From Fibrobacterota bacterium (GTDB lineage: Bacteria; Fibrobacterota; Fibrobacteria; UBA11236), in assembly GCA_043753995.1 (NCBI GenBank), contig JAYUVP010000074.1:1-16658 (forward strand): DNA of 16,658 bases, given 5' to 3'. A program made the translations under genes and the position numbers. Below the pieces are notes generated by a model that searched no databases, was not told the origin of the DNA, and saw nothing but the letters and a program-made list of their open reading frames with translations. Shown here in pieces: positions 14,497 to 16,658 of the stretch (within the stretch, counting starts at the first letter, position 1; each line of letters starts with the position of its first letter).

Positions 14497-15960
14497 ATGA
14501 CTCCTCGTCACGGAAAAAACACCTCGCAAAAGACTCGTATCGCTGCCGCCTTGCTGCGGCGATACAGTCAAGTCTTCCCTACCGGACACGGCGCCGCCAA
14601 TATGCGTCAACGTCTCTCGGCACGTCGCCAGGCTCACCTGGCTGCACTCGATGGCTTGACCTTATTCGCTGGCATTCCCCGCGAGCCCGGCAGCGAAAAT
14701 ATCTGGATCATGAATGGCCTAAGGCTATTTCAAGAGCCAGCCTTAATGCATTTGACGGGTATCAATCAGCCCGGCGTGATTTTGGCCCTCGACCCCCATG
14801 GACCGCATCCAGAAATCCTGTTTTTGCCGCGTAAAGATCCACGCAAAGAATTCTGGGACGGCGTTCGACTGGGCTATCCCCTGGGCGTGGCCAAGCCCAA
14901 GGATTCGGATCTCGCCGACGTGAGGGCGTTGACCGGCATCGAAGATATTCGTCCTGTCGATGCATTCGAACCTTGGTTTCAGGCTCGCATACGCAAAATC
15001 AAATCTGGCTATTGCCATGCTTTTTATCACGATTATGTCGACCCCAAGCCGGGTGAAAAAAATCGCGTCACGACCACAGATCACAATTACGCCTTCAAGG
15101 TAAGGCTAGAACAACTGGCCTTGGCCGTTGCAAAACGCTTTGAGCTGCGTAGCTGCGCCGCTTTGCACTTCAAGCTGCGCTTACCTCTGGAGCCCGATCA
15201 GGTCAAGGATGTGCTTAAGGCCAATCACATCACAGGACAAGCCTTCGAAGCCAGCCTCAAGTCCATGGACCAATTTCGCGACGAAAATGAATTGGCCGCC
15301 CATCTCGAATGGGGCATGCGCCGGCAATCGCCTTTTGGCCTCAGCTTTCCCAGTATTATCGCCTCAGGCCGCAATGCGACGATTTTGCATTATCTCAAAA
15401 ATGACGACCCCATGGATCGCAAAGGGCTTTTGCTGATGGATTTTGGCGCGCGTTGGGGAACCATGCATGCCGATATTACCCGCACCATACCGGCCAATGG
15501 CCGCTACAATCCCCTGCAAGAATTGTTGTATCGCATTGTGCTTGAAGCCAATGAACGCACCCATAAGGCCTGCAAGCCCGGTGTCACCATTCGCCAGCTG
15601 AATCAAAAAGCCTGGGATTTTATCGAAAACGAGCTGGATGTCCAATTTCTCAGCCGGGGCGGTAAAATGCAGCGGGGCTATGAAGGCCAGCCTCATGGGC
15701 TATCCCATTTGATGGGCGAGCAAGAGCATGATGGCGATCCCCACCGCCTTTATCAAGACCATCCTTTGCAGCCTGGATGGCAAATTTCCAATGAACCTGG
15801 GCTCTATGGCCATTTTTCCATGACCCTTGGCGGGCGGCGTTACCAGGAGTGGATTGGCATTCGCGTCGAAGACGATATCCTGGTTACCCCCAAGGGCAGC
15901 CAAAATTTATCAAGCATGGTACCGAAAACTCCTGAGGCTATTGAGAAATGCATGGCCTGA
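14497..15960 (+). CDS. pepP: Xaa-Pro aminopeptidase (M24B, aminopeptidase P family)
   Basis: HLTGINQP, EFWDG, IIASGRNATILHY; metal ligands in MDFG, ADITRT, HGLSH, NEPGLY, GIRVEDD. Start uncertain; 14497 is the first ATG after the leuD stop. Confidence 0.9.
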   Translation: MTPRHGKNTSQKTRIAAALLRRYSQVFPTGHGAANMRQRLSARRQAHLAALDGLTLFAGIPREPGSENIWIMNGLRLFQEPALMHLTGINQPGVILALDPHGPHPEILFLPRKDPRKEFWDGVRLGYPLGVAKPKDSDLADVRALTGIEDIRPVDAFEPWFQARIRKIKSGYCHAFYHDYVDPKPGEKNRVTTTDHNYAFKVRLEQLALAVAKRFELRSCAALHFKLRLPLEPDQVKDVLKANHITGQAFEASLKSMDQFRDENELAAHLEWGMRRQSPFGLSFPSIIASGRNATILHYLKNDDPMDRKGLLLMDFGARWGTMHADITRTIPANGRYNPLQELLYRIVLEANERTHKACKPGVTIRQLNQKAWDFIENELDVQFLSRGGKMQRGYEGQPHGLSHLMGEQEHDGDPHRLYQDHPLQPGWQISNEPGLYGHFSMTLGGRRYQEWIGIRVEDDILVTPKGSQNLSSMVPKTPEAIEKCMA

Positions 15961-16020
15961 GTGGGCTATATTTCCCGCCCTTAAAACCATTGAACTCTCC
16001 CCTATCGAATCCGGGTGCCC

Positions 16021-16658
16021 ATGAGCGAGGAATTAGACAAGAGCAAGGACGAAAAGTCCAAGGCTCCCAGCCCTAAAAAGGCCCCTGCCCCAAAACCAAA
16101 GGCCGCAGACGACGATTTGGACTTAGACGATGAGGATGATACCGATGAAGCGCCGGTGGTGAAGCCCGCGCCCAAGGAAACCGCGCCTAAGGCTAAAAAG
16201 GTCGCTCCCATCGACCAAGACGATGATGACGAGCCGTTTTTCAATGTCGACGATGAGGATGATGCCTTGCCGCTCGATGCAAGCTTGGCCATTGCCGATA
16301 CTTCCGAACGCACCCTTTTGGTTGTGGACGAAGAGGGCCAAAGGCGCAATGAAACCGTCACCATCATTCAGCAAATCTTGCCCAATGCCACCATTGAGGT
16401 CGCCGACGATCCCGAAGAGGCTATGGAAATGATGGAAGAATGCGATTTCGACACCTATGTCGTGAACTTTCTCATGCCGGGTTTCAGCAATAGCCATTTC
16501 GTGAAGGCCGTTGCCAATCATCCCGAACATCCGCTCTTGGTGGGCTTTGCCGCCGATAAAATGTCGGATGCCTTAGACCCTAAAAAGGGTCTGAAAATCA
16601 TTCCGTTGAAGCGTTTGTTCGACCTGAGCGGTAGCGGCGCCGGCGAGGGTGAAGGCGA
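16021..16658 (+). CDS. 3'-truncated ORF: acidic/Lys-Pro low-complexity N-terminus plus atypical receiver-like domain
   Basis: Frame is open from ATG 16021 to the window end (absent from the ORF track): MSEELDKSKDEKSKAPSPKK...TLLVVDEE...IEVADDPEEAMEMMEECDFDTYVVNFLMPG...LLVGFAA. Confidence 0.85.
   Translation, partial: MSEELDKSKDEKSKAPSPKKAPAPKPKAADDDLDLDDEDDTDEAPVVKPAPKETAPKAKKVAPIDQDDDDEPFFNVDDEDDALPLDASLAIADTSERTLLVVDEEGQRRNETVTIIQQILPNATIEVADDPEEAMEMMEECDFDTYVVNFLMPGFSNSHFVKAVANHPEHPLLVGFAADKMSDALDPKKGLKIIPLKRLFDLSGSGAGEGEG

Noticed and set aside
467..16530. Many short overlapping ORFs in the six-frame track (e.g. 3185-3778, 4222-4404, 9135-9716, 16002-16367, 16123-16530)
   Set aside because: Antisense or off-frame shadows of well-supported genes or regulatory DNA, with no recognisable motifs.

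Overview
Core-chromosome window from a flagellated, piliated bacterium. The lineage is uncertain; a Fibrobacterota-like organism is only a guess. Minus strand, right to left: pilB-pilT-pilC-pilS (no pilR or pilA follows), a STAS anti-anti-sigma protein, flgM, an exported hypothetical protein, spoVG, comM/yifB, a stand-alone short divergent flagellin and tmRNA (ssrA, tag AEDSYSYAMAA, 3' end cut by the window edge). Plus strand: a Cof-type HAD phosphatase, a TlpA-like thioredoxin lipoprotein, leuC-leuD, an Xaa-Pro aminopeptidase and a 3'-truncated ORF missing from the ORF track that encodes a pseudo-receiver domain. No mobile element, CRISPR array, rRNA or tRNA was seen. The most interesting signals are regulatory: (i) a pilS-STAS-flgM arrangement suggesting pilus-to-flagellum partner switching, with sigma28 promoters before flgM and the flagellin; (ii) a sigma54 promoter before spoVG, preceded by six TGCAAA-type direct repeats phased exactly 10 bp apart; (iii) CsrA-type GGA sites in the flagellin leader.
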